NCBI GenBank assembly: GCA_963848295.1
Contig: CAWKDB010000010.1
Location: 2,336,001-2,400,000 of the forward strand
Direction: 5' to 3'
Length of the DNA stretch: 64,000 nucleotides
DNA from: an uncultured delta proteobacterium
GTDB lineage: Bacteria > Myxococcota_A > Polyangia > Haliangiales > Haliangiaceae
In this document: piece after piece, positions 38,472 through 47,790 of the stretch
How the letters are laid out: the number at the start of each line of letters is the position of its first letter
Numbering within the stretch: the first letter of the stretch is position 1
Made by a program: the position numbers and the translations under genes
The notes under the pieces: generated by a model
Told to the model about the DNA's origin: nothing
Database searches by the model: none
Seen by the model: only the letters and a program-made list of their open reading frames with translations

Positions 38472-39665
38472 ATGACTCGCATCACCGCCGGCTGGATCCT
38501 CGCGTTCGCTGCCTGCGGCGGTGGCCATGCAACCAGCGACGCGCCGAACGGCGGTGACTCGCACGCGGTCGATGGCGCGACCGGCGATGCCGGCTGCGGC
38601 CGCGTTGCCGCGCCCGTCGATCGCGTCCGCCGGGTCGTGATCTCGCATCCGTACGACGCGGCGAGCGACGAAGCGAACGCGTGGGAGGTGCTCGACCTGT
38701 CGACCGCCGGCGTGCTGACCCGCCCGAACCGCACGTTCACGATGGGCCGCGCGACCGACGGCGTGATGGCGTTTACCCCGGACGGCGAGATCGGCGTCGT
38801 CGCGCAAGAGGACGGCTCGCTCGGGGTCGTCCAGCTCGCGAGCGACGGCACGCCTACGGTGATCGCCGCGGCGTTCACCGGCAGCTTCTATGCGACCGGG
38901 GTCGCGATGGCGCCGTCCGGAGATCGGGTGTACGTGCTCGACGGCAACACGCGCGACAACGGCGGCGGCATCTACGCGGTCGACATCGCGTGCGACGGCA
39001 GCGTCACCGACGCCGGGCTCGTCGCGGCCGCGAAGCTTCCCGGCGGGCTCGCGTTCGTGCCGGGGAGCGACCGAGCGGTGGTCGCTGCGAGCGACTTCCT
39101 GACCTCGACCGCCGGCGACAGCGCGCACCTCGTCACGCTCGGCGCCACGCCGACCTGGATCGGCGGCGCGAACGCATTCGGCGACGCCATGGCGATCATC
39201 GGCGGCACGACGCTGACCGCCGACGCGGGGCACTTCTTGATCGGCGACAATAGCCAGTTCTCGGGGATTCCGAATCGCGTCGCGGTGGTCTCGGTGAGCG
39301 CGGATGCGGTGGCTGCGGTGACCGTGATCGCGAACGTCGGCGACCCCGAGGCGATCGTCGCGTCGCCATTCGGTGATGTCGCGCTCGTCAGCGATGGGTT
39401 CGGCAACGCGTTCCACGTGCTCGATGTCGGCGGCGCCGGCTGGGAGCTGCGCGGTGACGTGACGTATGTCGGTGCGGCGCCACAGCTACCCGCGGGCGCG
39501 GTCGAGATCACGGCCGGAATGCTCGCCGGCACCGCGCTCGTCGCCGAGAACCTCGGCGTGCGGATCGCGACGTTCGGTCGAGACGGCTCGGTCACCGATC
39601 ACGGCGCGTTCGCGCTCGGCAGCGGCACCGAGAACATCACCGGCGCGATCGGCGTCACTCCGTGA
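38472..39665 (+). CDS. Beta-propeller lipoprotein
   Basis: FAAC lipobox; repeated xAFTPDG / MAPSGD / ASPFGD blades. Confidence 0.75.
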   Translation: MTRITAGWILAFAACGGGHATSDAPNGGDSHAVDGATGDAGCGRVAAPVDRVRRVVISHPYDAASDEANAWEVLDLSTAGVLTRPNRTFTMGRATDGVMAFTPDGEIGVVAQEDGSLGVVQLASDGTPTVIAAAFTGSFYATGVAMAPSGDRVYVLDGNTRDNGGGIYAVDIACDGSVTDAGLVAAAKLPGGLAFVPGSDRAVVAASDFLTSTAGDSAHLVTLGATPTWIGGANAFGDAMAIIGGTTLTADAGHFLIGDNSQFSGIPNRVAVVSVSADAVAAVTVIANVGDPEAIVASPFGDVALVSDGFGNAFHVLDVGGAGWELRGDVTYVGAAPQLPAGAVEITAGMLAGTALVAENLGVRIATFGRDGSVTDHGAFALGSGTENITGAIGVTP

Positions 39666-42070
39666 TCGTCAAGCCGCTGCGGGTCGCGCTGGGCGCAGCG
39701 GTCATCGCGGCGATCTTCGCCGCGGGCGCGCTCGCGGTGAACCCGGTGCCGCACGCGATCCTCGCCGCGGTCGGCGGCGGCACAGCGTTCGAGCGCGAGG
39801 GCGGTCTGCGCCTCGAGTGGCAGCCGCCGCCGGGCGGCGTCACCCGGCCGATCCTCTTGGGCAACAACGTCGCGGTGCACGATGGCGATCACCGCATCGT
39901 CATCGAGATTCCAGGCGTCGCGAAGGCCGATGTCGCCCACACCGCCGACATCGTGATGTCGGGCGGCATGCAGATGCGCCTCGAGCTCGAGACGAACGAC
40001 ATCGTCAAGCTCGCCGAGGCCGCGGGCATCACCAACAGCCACGGGCCCGTCACGTTCGAGCCCGAGACCTGGCTCCCCGAGACGAGCGACCAACAACATA
40101 CCGCCTACGCGCTCGTAGGGTCCGACCGCGCTTCGATCGAGGCGGTCGTGGCGAGCGCGCGCGCCGCGGGATGGCGTCAGCCGCCCGATGGCGAGCTCGT
40201 GCTCGAGCATTCCATCGGCGAGCACGATCGGAGCCGGTGGATCGCCCATCTGCTGTCGACCGAGGTCCTGGTCGACGACACGATGCTGGAGTCGGCGTCC
40301 ACCGGCTTCGACCCGCTGACCGATCGTCCGATCGTCATGCTCGAGTTCACGCGGGCCGGCGGCGAGCGATTTGGCGACGTCACCGAGCGCTTCTCCGGTC
40401 ACAAGTTCGCGATCGTCGTTGGCCGAGAGATCGTCTCGGACCCCGTGATCAACGGCCGGATCGGGGGCGGCCGCTGTTCGATCACGATGGGCGGCGGCCA
40501 TTCGATCGACGAGCTCGAGGCCGACGCCGATCGGCTCGTGCATGCGCTGTCCGCGGGCAGCTTGCCACCGGGCGGCACGCTCGTGTCCGCGAGCTACGTC
40601 GCGCCGACCCGCGGAGGTGCCGAGACGATCGGCGCGATCGCGACCGCGGCGCTGGCGGCGCTGATAGCGGCGCTGCTCGCCTGGTTCGCGGTAAAGCTCG
40701 CGCGGCCCGCGTGGGCACCGTTCGCGCCGCGGTCCGCAGGCGCGCGACCCTGGCTTCGCCTCGCGACGATGCTCGGCGTCGTGATCGTCGTCTACTTCGG
40801 CATCGACCTGACCTTGCCGATCGTGGACCGGCAGGAGCTGCTCCATCTTGTCTACGGTCCGGACCGCGACCCGTCGCTCGTCCGCGGGAGTCTATTCGCG
40901 CTGGGCGTGTTCCCGGTGATCACCGCAGCCATCGCGGTCGAGTTGCTCGTACTCGCCGTGCCGGCATGGCGCCCGCTACGCACGCGAAGCCCGCAAGACC
41001 GACGCCGGATCGCGTGGGCGATCGCGGCGGTCGCGATCGCGCTCGCGCTCGTCCAGGGTTACGCGCACGTCGACATGCTCCAGCAGCTCGGGTTCCGCGG
41101 CCCGACCCTGGTCGACCAGGGCTTGCTCGTGCGGATCGAGGGCGCGCTATCTCTCGCCGGAGGCACGATGATGATCGTGCTGCTCGCGGCGCTGATCGCG
41201 AGCTTCGGCCTCGGCAATGGCTACGCCGCGATCGTGGCGATCACGTGGGCGTTGCGCCTGGTGGCCATCGCTCGCACCTGCTCGCTCGACTCGCATCAAG
41301 TCGCGCTCGCGGTCGGCGCGCTCGTGACGATCGCTGCGCTCACCGCGACGTTCTTACGCTGGCGCATCGCCCGCGACCAGGAGGTTCCGCTCGCGCTGCC
41401 GAGCTCGGGCATGATCTCGATCTTCCCGGCGGGCGGGTTGTTCGCGGTGATCGGGATCGTGACCGGGCTCGACCTGTGGTCCCGCACGGTCGCGCGCGTC
41501 TACGACGCGACCTACGAGCTCACGTGGAGAGTGTCGGCGGTCGTGGTCATAGCGGTCGGGTTCGGCGCACTGTGGTCGCTGGCGTTCACCCGACCGGGCG
41601 CGCTCGCGAAGCTGGCCGGTCGCGCGAGCCTCGCTCCGCCGGCGTGGAGCAGCTGGTGGCGCGCCACGGCGCTGTCATGCGCCTGGCTGATCGCGATAGC
41701 CGCGATCATCATCGCGGTCGCGCGTTGGACGATCCCGCCGCTCGTGTTCGAGGGGCTGACGACCGTGATCGCGACGGCGACCGCGCTCGATCTCGTCGCC
41801 GATTGGCGCGGCCGGCGCGGGGCGATGGTGGCGGTGTGGTCGCTGCACGATGCGCAGCACGTCGAGCTCGCGCGCAGCGTGCTCGCGACCGGCGGCGTGC
41901 GCAGTCACGTCAGCGCGACGCACGTGCGCGCGTTGTTCGCGCTGTTCGGCCCGTGGGCGCCGATGACCGTGTACGTCGCGCGCGACGACGCGAAGCGAGC
42001 GACCGAGCTCCTGCTCGCGCTGTTCGACGACCGCCGGCCGCCGCCGAACGTCGAGCAGGCGTTCGCCTGA
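39662..42070 (+). CDS. Fusion of SecD-like periplasmic domain, divergent SecY-like membrane domain and DUF2007-like tail
   Basis: SecD-like RIVIEIPGV, FAIVVGREIVSDPVI, LSAGSLP; SecY-like SLFALGVFPVITA, GGTMM..GLGNG, PSSGMISIF, ATATALD. Confidence 0.75.
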   Translation: MIVKPLRVALGAAVIAAIFAAGALAVNPVPHAILAAVGGGTAFEREGGLRLEWQPPPGGVTRPILLGNNVAVHDGDHRIVIEIPGVAKADVAHTADIVMSGGMQMRLELETNDIVKLAEAAGITNSHGPVTFEPETWLPETSDQQHTAYALVGSDRASIEAVVASARAAGWRQPPDGELVLEHSIGEHDRSRWIAHLLSTEVLVDDTMLESASTGFDPLTDRPIVMLEFTRAGGERFGDVTERFSGHKFAIVVGREIVSDPVINGRIGGGRCSITMGGGHSIDELEADADRLVHALSAGSLPPGGTLVSASYVAPTRGGAETIGAIATAALAALIAALLAWFAVKLARPAWAPFAPRSAGARPWLRLATMLGVVIVVYFGIDLTLPIVDRQELLHLVYGPDRDPSLVRGSLFALGVFPVITAAIAVELLVLAVPAWRPLRTRSPQDRRRIAWAIAAVAIALALVQGYAHVDMLQQLGFRGPTLVDQGLLVRIEGALSLAGGTMMIVLLAALIASFGLGNGYAAIVAITWALRLVAIARTCSLDSHQVALAVGALVTIAALTATFLRWRIARDQEVPLALPSSGMISIFPAGGLFAVIGIVTGLDLWSRTVARVYDATYELTWRVSAVVVIAVGFGALWSLAFTRPGALAKLAGRASLAPPAWSSWWRATALSCAWLIAIAAIIIAVARWTIPPLVFEGLTTVIATATALDLVADWRGRRGAMVAVWSLHDAQHVELARSVLATGGVRSHVSATHVRALFALFGPWAPMTVYVARDDAKRATELLLALFDDRRPPPNVEQAFA

Positions 42071-42083
42071 GCTCCGCGGCGCG

Positions 42084-42782
42084 CTAGAACAGCTCGCCTT
42101 GCGGCTTCGCCGGTTCGACGACCGGCTCGATGCACCGCGGATCGTCGTGGTCGGCCTTGTTGACCCAGGTCGAGACCTGGTCGGCGTACCAATCGCCGAC
42201 CTCGGGGACCCCGAGCAGCGCGTGAGCGCCCGCCGCGTCGAGCGCGGGATCGAGCCATGCCGCGTACAGCGACGGCTCGAGCAGCACGGGCATCCGATCG
42301 TGGATCGGCGCGACGAGCGGATTCGCCGGCCCGGTCACGATCGAAAAGCTCGTCACGTCGCCCGCGCGCATCCAGATCCCGGCGAACGCGACGTGCCGGC
42401 CGCGCCGCGGATGAAAGTACATCGGCAGTGCGAGCTTGCCCGCGCGTCTCCACTCGAAGAACCCGTTCGCCGCGACGAGACAGCGCCGGCGCGCGAGCGC
42501 GTCGCGAAACATCGGCTTGGCATCGAGCGATTCGACGCGCGTGTTGATCATCAACGGCGGCTTCTTGCCGCTGCCCGGCTTCGCCCAGTGCGGCACGAGC
42601 CCCCACCGCATGAGCTCGAGCACGCGCGCGCCATCGCGCAGCGTCACCACCGGTGCCGGTTGCGTCGGCGCGACGTTGAACCGCGACTTCCACCACTCGC
42701 TCTCGGTCGCGCCCGGCGCGATCGCGGCTTCGAGGTCGGAGGCGACCTCGTCGGGACTCATCACGGTGTAGCGACCGCACAT
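42084..42782 (-). CDS. SRAP/HMCES abasic-site protein
   Basis: MCGRY N-terminus, FNVAPTQ, RWGLVP, GFFEW, IHDRMPV. Confidence 0.95.
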   Translation of the reverse strand: MCGRYTVMSPDEVASDLEAAIAPGATESEWWKSRFNVAPTQPAPVVTLRDGARVLELMRWGLVPHWAKPGSGKKPPLMINTRVESLDAKPMFRDALARRRCLVAANGFFEWRRAGKLALPMYFHPRRGRHVAFAGIWMRAGDVTSFSIVTGPANPLVAPIHDRMPVLLEPSLYAAWLDPALDAAGAHALLGVPEVGDWYADQVSTWVNKADHDDPRCIEPVVEPAKPQGELF

Positions 42783-42827
42783 CGTCGGGCGAGACCGGGG
42801 CCTCGCATGCGCGCGATCGTACGCCGA

Positions 42828-43991
42828 TCAGCCGAGGCGGAGCACGCAGACCTGCAAGTAGCGGTCGCGCGGCTGAGCGACGAGCGTCGGATACTCCGGG
42901 GGCAAGCCGCCCTGCTCGAGGATCGCGGCCGGTCGGCCGGCGAGGCCCTTGTGCGCGAGCTTGCTCAGCGACGCGAGCTCGTGCGTGTTCGCCGCGAGCC
43001 ACAGCACGCCGCCGTCGGGGACGACCGCCGCCGCTTGCTTGATCAGCGCGGGATAATCGCGGTCGAGCGTCCACGGCTGGCCGCGCGCGGTCGAGAACGT
43101 CGGTGGATCGATGATGACGAGATCGTAGTGCTCGCGATCGCGTGCCGCGCGCGCGAGGTAGCGCACCGCATCGCCGGTCTCGAACCGCCACCGATCGCCG
43201 GTCAGGTTCGAGCGACCGAAGTTCGAGCGGGCCCACGCGGCGACGCCCGGCGACGTATCGACGCTCGTCACCGCCCGTGCTCCCGCTCGCGCGCACGCGA
43301 CGCTGAGCGCGCCGGTGTACGAAAACAGATTGAGCACGCGGCGTCCGCCGGCGAACCGCGCCAAGCCACGGCGCTGCTCGCGCATGTCGGTGAACAGGCC
43401 GGTGTTGAGCCCGCCCAGCGGATGGACCTCGAACGGCACGCCGTGCTCGGTCACGACGTACGCGTCGTCGGGCGAGCGACCGACGAGGTCTTGCGCGACC
43501 TCGGCCGCGCCGCCCCGCGCGCGCAGCTTGACGACCGCGCCGTCGAGCTTGGCGAATCCGACGATCGCCTCGGCGAGCTGGCGGCCGAGCGCGCGCAAGC
43601 CCTCGCCGTAGACGTAAACGATCGCGGTCTTGCCGAGCACGTCGCATGCGAAGCCCGGCACGCCATCGCCGGCTCCGTGGAGCAAGCGATACGCGTGATC
43701 GACGCCGGGCAAGTCGAGCTGGGTGCGCCAGGCGAGCGCGCGTTCGACGCGCAGCGCGAGCAAGGCTCCGCCGATCGCCGGCAAGCCGTCCGCGGGTACC
43801 GCGAGCACGCGCAACTTCGCGTTGCCGAGATCGGCGATCGCGAGGCCGAGCTCGTCGCCGTTGCCATCGACGAGCTGGACGTGCTCGCCATCGCCGAGCG
43901 CCGCGGCGCCGTCGAGGCGCGCGAGCTCGAGATCGCGCCCACCGCCGGCGAGAAACTGCGCCGCCGCGCCGGCGAGCGCGAGTGACTTCAT
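42828..43991 (-). CDS. RlmI/RlmK-like class I SAM-dependent rRNA methyltransferase
   Basis: GDGVPG, TGLFTDMREQR, VLNLFSYTGALS, IIDPPTF. Confidence 0.85.
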   Translation of the reverse strand: MKSLALAGAAAQFLAGGGRDLELARLDGAAALGDGEHVQLVDGNGDELGLAIADLGNAKLRVLAVPADGLPAIGGALLALRVERALAWRTQLDLPGVDHAYRLLHGAGDGVPGFACDVLGKTAIVYVYGEGLRALGRQLAEAIVGFAKLDGAVVKLRARGGAAEVAQDLVGRSPDDAYVVTEHGVPFEVHPLGGLNTGLFTDMREQRRGLARFAGGRRVLNLFSYTGALSVACARAGARAVTSVDTSPGVAAWARSNFGRSNLTGDRWRFETGDAVRYLARAARDREHYDLVIIDPPTFSTARGQPWTLDRDYPALIKQAAAVVPDGGVLWLAANTHELASLSKLAHKGLAGRPAAILEQGGLPPEYPTLVAQPRDRYLQVCVLRLG

Positions 43992-45331
43992 TGCGTCGGC
44001 GGGGTCGCGCTCGAGACGAGCAGCGACATGCCGTTGCCCACCCGCACCGAGCCCGGCGCGAGCGAGGTGAGCACGCTGCCCGTGGTGCGGAACGCGTTCG
44101 CGTCGGTCGCGACCGTGCCGCCATAGGCGGCGAGCGAGCCGGTCAGCGCCGGCGCGGCGCCCGGTAGGTACGCCGCGAGCCCCGACGGTAGCTGGGGCGG
44201 TGCGAGCGCGGTCTGCGTGGCGCCGGGCGCGAACGAGATGCCGACCTGCGTCGGGTTCCCGCCGGCGTTCGCGTACGACAGGCTCGCGTACATGCCGAGC
44301 ACCGGCGTGGTGTACGCGGTCCAACCTACCGCCGGCAGGCCATCGGCGGCCGGCGTGAGCGTGACACCGGTGATGAACGGCAGCGCGTCGGCCGTGAGGT
44401 TGATCGCGTCAGCCGGCAGATCGTTCGAGCCCTTGTAGATGCCGGTCGTCGCGGTCGCGTCCTGCGACTGCACGATCAGCGACTCGTGATAGCCGGTCCA
44501 CAGGACCTGCGGCTCGGGGAACGTGAACAGCGGCCCTTGCGGCACCGCGCCGCCCTGTACCGCATCCGGCACGAACTCGGCGTTGCCGTTGCGGTCGGTG
44601 ATCTGCGCCGTGATCATGCCCGCGGTCGCGGGTGGACTCGCGATGGTGATCGTCGCGGAGTCGAGCGTGGTGACGAACGCGTTCGCGGTGAACATGCCGG
44701 TCGTGTTCGCCGCCGGCGGCATCTGGGCGAGCAGCGTCGAGGTCGCGATCAGCGCGCCGGTCGTGTCGTACGCGGTCACGAGGATCGCGATGTCGCCGTT
44801 CGGGTCGAGGCAAGTGCTGTCGAGCGGCAGGTCGAACGCGGTCCCGATCGTGACAGCCACCGGGCCGCTCGCGCAGCCGGCGCTGCCCATGTACGTCACG
44901 CCGCCGGTGGTGGCGGCCGGCGGGGTGACGATCGCCGTGCCGTACGGGACGATCGCCGTGCCACTCGGGCCGATCAACAGATCGTCGTTGGCCTGCACGC
45001 CCATGATGATCGCGACGGTATCGGCGATCGCCGTGCCGGACTTCGGGATCGCCACCGCGACGCTGCCGCCGAGGGGCACCATCGCGGCCGCCTTGCCGCC
45101 GGCATCGGTCGTGACCATCGTGGTCGGTGTGCCACTGGCATCGGCGAACGACACCATCGCGTTCGCATTCGGTCCGGCGATGCCGCCGAGGTTCTGCACC
45201 GTGATGGTCACGGGGACCAACATGGCGTCGACCGGCGCGTCGGTGCCGCCATCGGGCCGGTTTTGGGCCGGTGGCGTCTTCCCGGCGCACCCGCACGCGA
45301 GACATACCCCGAGCAGTGTAGTCCGCTTCAT
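43988..45331 (-). CDS. Hypothetical Thr/Ala-rich lipoprotein
   Basis: CLACGC signal, PDGGTDAPVDA linker. Confidence 0.7.
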   Translation of the reverse strand: MKRTTLLGVCLACGCAGKTPPAQNRPDGGTDAPVDAMLVPVTITVQNLGGIAGPNANAMVSFADASGTPTTMVTTDAGGKAAAMVPLGGSVAVAIPKSGTAIADTVAIIMGVQANDDLLIGPSGTAIVPYGTAIVTPPAATTGGVTYMGSAGCASGPVAVTIGTAFDLPLDSTCLDPNGDIAILVTAYDTTGALIATSTLLAQMPPAANTTGMFTANAFVTTLDSATITIASPPATAGMITAQITDRNGNAEFVPDAVQGGAVPQGPLFTFPEPQVLWTGYHESLIVQSQDATATTGIYKGSNDLPADAINLTADALPFITGVTLTPAADGLPAVGWTAYTTPVLGMYASLSYANAGGNPTQVGISFAPGATQTALAPPQLPSGLAAYLPGAAPALTGSLAAYGGTVATDANAFRTTGSVLTSLAPGSVRVGNGMSLLVSSATPPTQ

Positions 45332-45368
45332 ACAGTAGAGCGTATCGCGGGCCGGGCCGGTTTGGTCG

Positions 45369-46706
45369 CTATTCGTCGCGCTTGCGCGGGCGTGCGATGC
45401 CGTACTCGTCGAGCCGATTGATCAGCGTGCGCCGCGAGATCCCGAGCAGCTCGGCCGCGCGGGTCTGATTGCCGGCGCACTTGTCGAGCGCCTCCAAGAT
45501 CCGTTGCTTCTCGAGCTCGGCGACGGTCGCGCGCACCTGGCTCGGCATGTCGGGCGCGAGCATCGACCCGGGCGGCGGTGTCATCGTCGGAGAGGTCCGC
45601 ATGCGGTGCGGCGGCCGCTGCGGCTGCTCGATCGCGAGGTGCTGGCGCTCGATCGTCGAGCCGGTCGCGAGCAACACGGCGCGCTCGCACGCGTTGCGCA
45701 GCTCGCGGATGTTGCCCGGCCACGTGTTCGACGCGAACCACGCCTTCGCGTCGTCGGCCAGCACGAACGAGCGCCCGAGCGGGCCGGCCGCGGCGGCGAC
45801 GAACTGCTCCGCGAGCGGCAGCACCTCGTCCTTGCGATCGCGCAGCGCGGGCAGTGCGAACGTCGCGCCGGCGACGCGGAAGTACAGATCGCGGCGGAAC
45901 CGACCGGCCTCGACCTCGGCGGCGAGATCCTTCGTCGACGACGAGATGAACCGGACATCGACCGGGCGCGCCGTCGTGGCACCGACCCGGCGGAGCGCGC
46001 CGTCTTCGAGCACGCGCAGCAGCTTGAGCTGGAGCGCTTGTGGCAGCTCCGAGACGTCGCGCAGGAACACGGTGCCGCCGTCGGCGTGCTCGATCGCGCC
46101 CGCCTTGTTCTGCGCCTCGATACCGAAGGTTTCAGCCTCGAGCTGAGCCTCGCTGATCGCCGCGCAGTTGATGCGCACGAACGGATGCGAGCGCCGCGGC
46201 GACATCTCGTGGATGCGCTCGGCGAACCGCTCCTTACCCGTGCCGTTCTCGCCGGTGATCAGCACCGACAACTTGCCCATCGCGATGCGCGATGCCGAAG
46301 CTTCGAGCGCCGCGATCTGAGACGCGTGTGGCGACGATTCGCGGCGCGAGCCGGTGCGCGTCTGCACCATCAACGTGACCGCGCCGACCAAGAACGGCAT
46401 GCCGACGCCGAGCCGGACGCGGTGGTTCGCCGCGATCCTCGCTCCATCGACATACGTACCGTTCGAGCTGCCGATGTCTTCGATCTCGACGTCGACGCCG
46501 AGCACCAGGTTCGCGTGATGGCGCGACACCGATCCGGAATCGATCGAGACGTCGCACGTCTGCGCGCGCCCCACGGTCAGCGTGCCGAGAGCGGGCAACG
46601 GCACGACCTGGAGCGATGCGCCATCGATGACGAGCAGCACCCGATCGCCAAACGGCGCCTGGCGATCGATCTGCTCGGTCGTAGCGCTGCGCTCGTCGTC
46701 GATCAC
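45369..46706 (-). CDS. FHA + AAA+ + Fis-HTH regulator lacking the GAFTGA loop
   Basis: FHA GR..SRHH..SSNGT; GENGTGKE; TFGIEAQNKAG; FLRDV; WPGNIREL; GNQTRAAELLGISRRTL. Confidence 0.9.
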   Translation of the reverse strand: MIDDERSATTEQIDRQAPFGDRVLLVIDGASLQVVPLPALGTLTVGRAQTCDVSIDSGSVSRHHANLVLGVDVEIEDIGSSNGTYVDGARIAANHRVRLGVGMPFLVGAVTLMVQTRTGSRRESSPHASQIAALEASASRIAMGKLSVLITGENGTGKERFAERIHEMSPRRSHPFVRINCAAISEAQLEAETFGIEAQNKAGAIEHADGGTVFLRDVSELPQALQLKLLRVLEDGALRRVGATTARPVDVRFISSSTKDLAAEVEAGRFRRDLYFRVAGATFALPALRDRKDEVLPLAEQFVAAAAGPLGRSFVLADDAKAWFASNTWPGNIRELRNACERAVLLATGSTIERQHLAIEQPQRPPHRMRTSPTMTPPPGSMLAPDMPSQVRATVAELEKQRILEALDKCAGNQTRAAELLGISRRTLINRLDEYGIARPRKRDE

Positions 46707-46851
46707 GGGCGATAGCCTACGCGGTAGAAAGCCACGTGCGCAACGGGGGCGAACCGCCTCCGCCCTGACCGTGGACCAACGATCTCGCGCACAAGGACGC
46801 TTGCAAATTTGGCTGGCCAGGCGGCGGGCCCGCGGTGGTAGGTTCGCCGCG

Positions 46852-47760
46852 ATGACCGTTCAGAAATGGTTTCCGTTCGCCCTCCTCGGCGCGTTGGCGG
46901 TGGCGGCTTGCGGCCCCGCTGGCCGGGGCGGCCCCGACGGCGGTGGTGGCGGTGGCGGTGGTGGCGGTGGCGGCGGCGGCGGTGGGGACGGCGGCGACGG
47001 CTGCTCGGACTCGTCGAAGCTGGTCTACGTCGTCGACGTGAGCAACGAGCTCTCGAAGTTCGACCCGACGACCAAGACGTTCACCGACCTCGGGATGTTG
47101 TCGTGCGAGGACCCGCTGTTCGGCGGCACGCCGTTCTCGATGGGCGTCGATCGCGACACGAACGCGTGGGTCGTCTACAGCGACGGCGTGCTCTACAAGG
47201 TCGACATCTTGAACGGCCTGACCTGCACCCAGACGGCGTGGGGCTCGCCGGATAACCTCGACGAGTTCGGCATGGGCTTCTCGACCGACACCGCCGGCGG
47301 CTCGACCGACACGCTGTTCGTCTCGGGCGGCCCGGATCTCGAGACCGGCACGCCGCCGGCGACGACGACGCTCGCGAAGGTCGACCTCAGCACGTTCAGC
47401 GCGACGACGGTCGGCACGGTCGACGGCTCGCCCGAGCTCACCGGCACCGGATCGGCCGAGCTGTGGGGCTGGTTCCCCGATGCGAGCGCGCCGAAGATCG
47501 AGAAGCTCGACAAGACGAACGGCTCGGCGCTGACGACCTTCCAGTCGACCCTCAGCACGCTCGCCGGCACGCCGATGGACTGGGCCTTCGCGTTCTACGG
47601 CGGCGACTTCTGGGTATTCCTCGAGCGCGACACCGACGATGCGACGAAGGTCTATCAGGTCGACGGCACGAGCGGCATGATCACGAGCACGACGAACACC
47701 GGCTCGCGCTCGATCGTCGGCGCTGGCGTCTCGACCTGCGCTCCGATCGTCATCCAGTAG
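46852..47760 (+). CDS. Lipoprotein with poly-Gly linker and beta-propeller-like domain
   Basis: VAAC lipobox; WAFAFYGGDFW; ends IVGAGVSTCAP. Confidence 0.75.
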   Translation: MTVQKWFPFALLGALAVAACGPAGRGGPDGGGGGGGGGGGGGGGGDGGDGCSDSSKLVYVVDVSNELSKFDPTTKTFTDLGMLSCEDPLFGGTPFSMGVDRDTNAWVVYSDGVLYKVDILNGLTCTQTAWGSPDNLDEFGMGFSTDTAGGSTDTLFVSGGPDLETGTPPATTTLAKVDLSTFSATTVGTVDGSPELTGTGSAELWGWFPDASAPKIEKLDKTNGSALTTFQSTLSTLAGTPMDWAFAFYGGDFWVFLERDTDDATKVYQVDGTSGMITSTTNTGSRSIVGAGVSTCAPIVIQ

Positions 47761-47790
47761 CGCGCGTGTCGTCTCGCGTCCGCGCCGTAA

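Noticed and set aside
46801..46819. Possible sigma54 promoters TGGCCAGCCAAATTTGC (minus strand) and TGGCCAGCGTGTGTTGC near 23989-24006
   Set aside because: GG to GC spacing is 12 nt, not the required 10.
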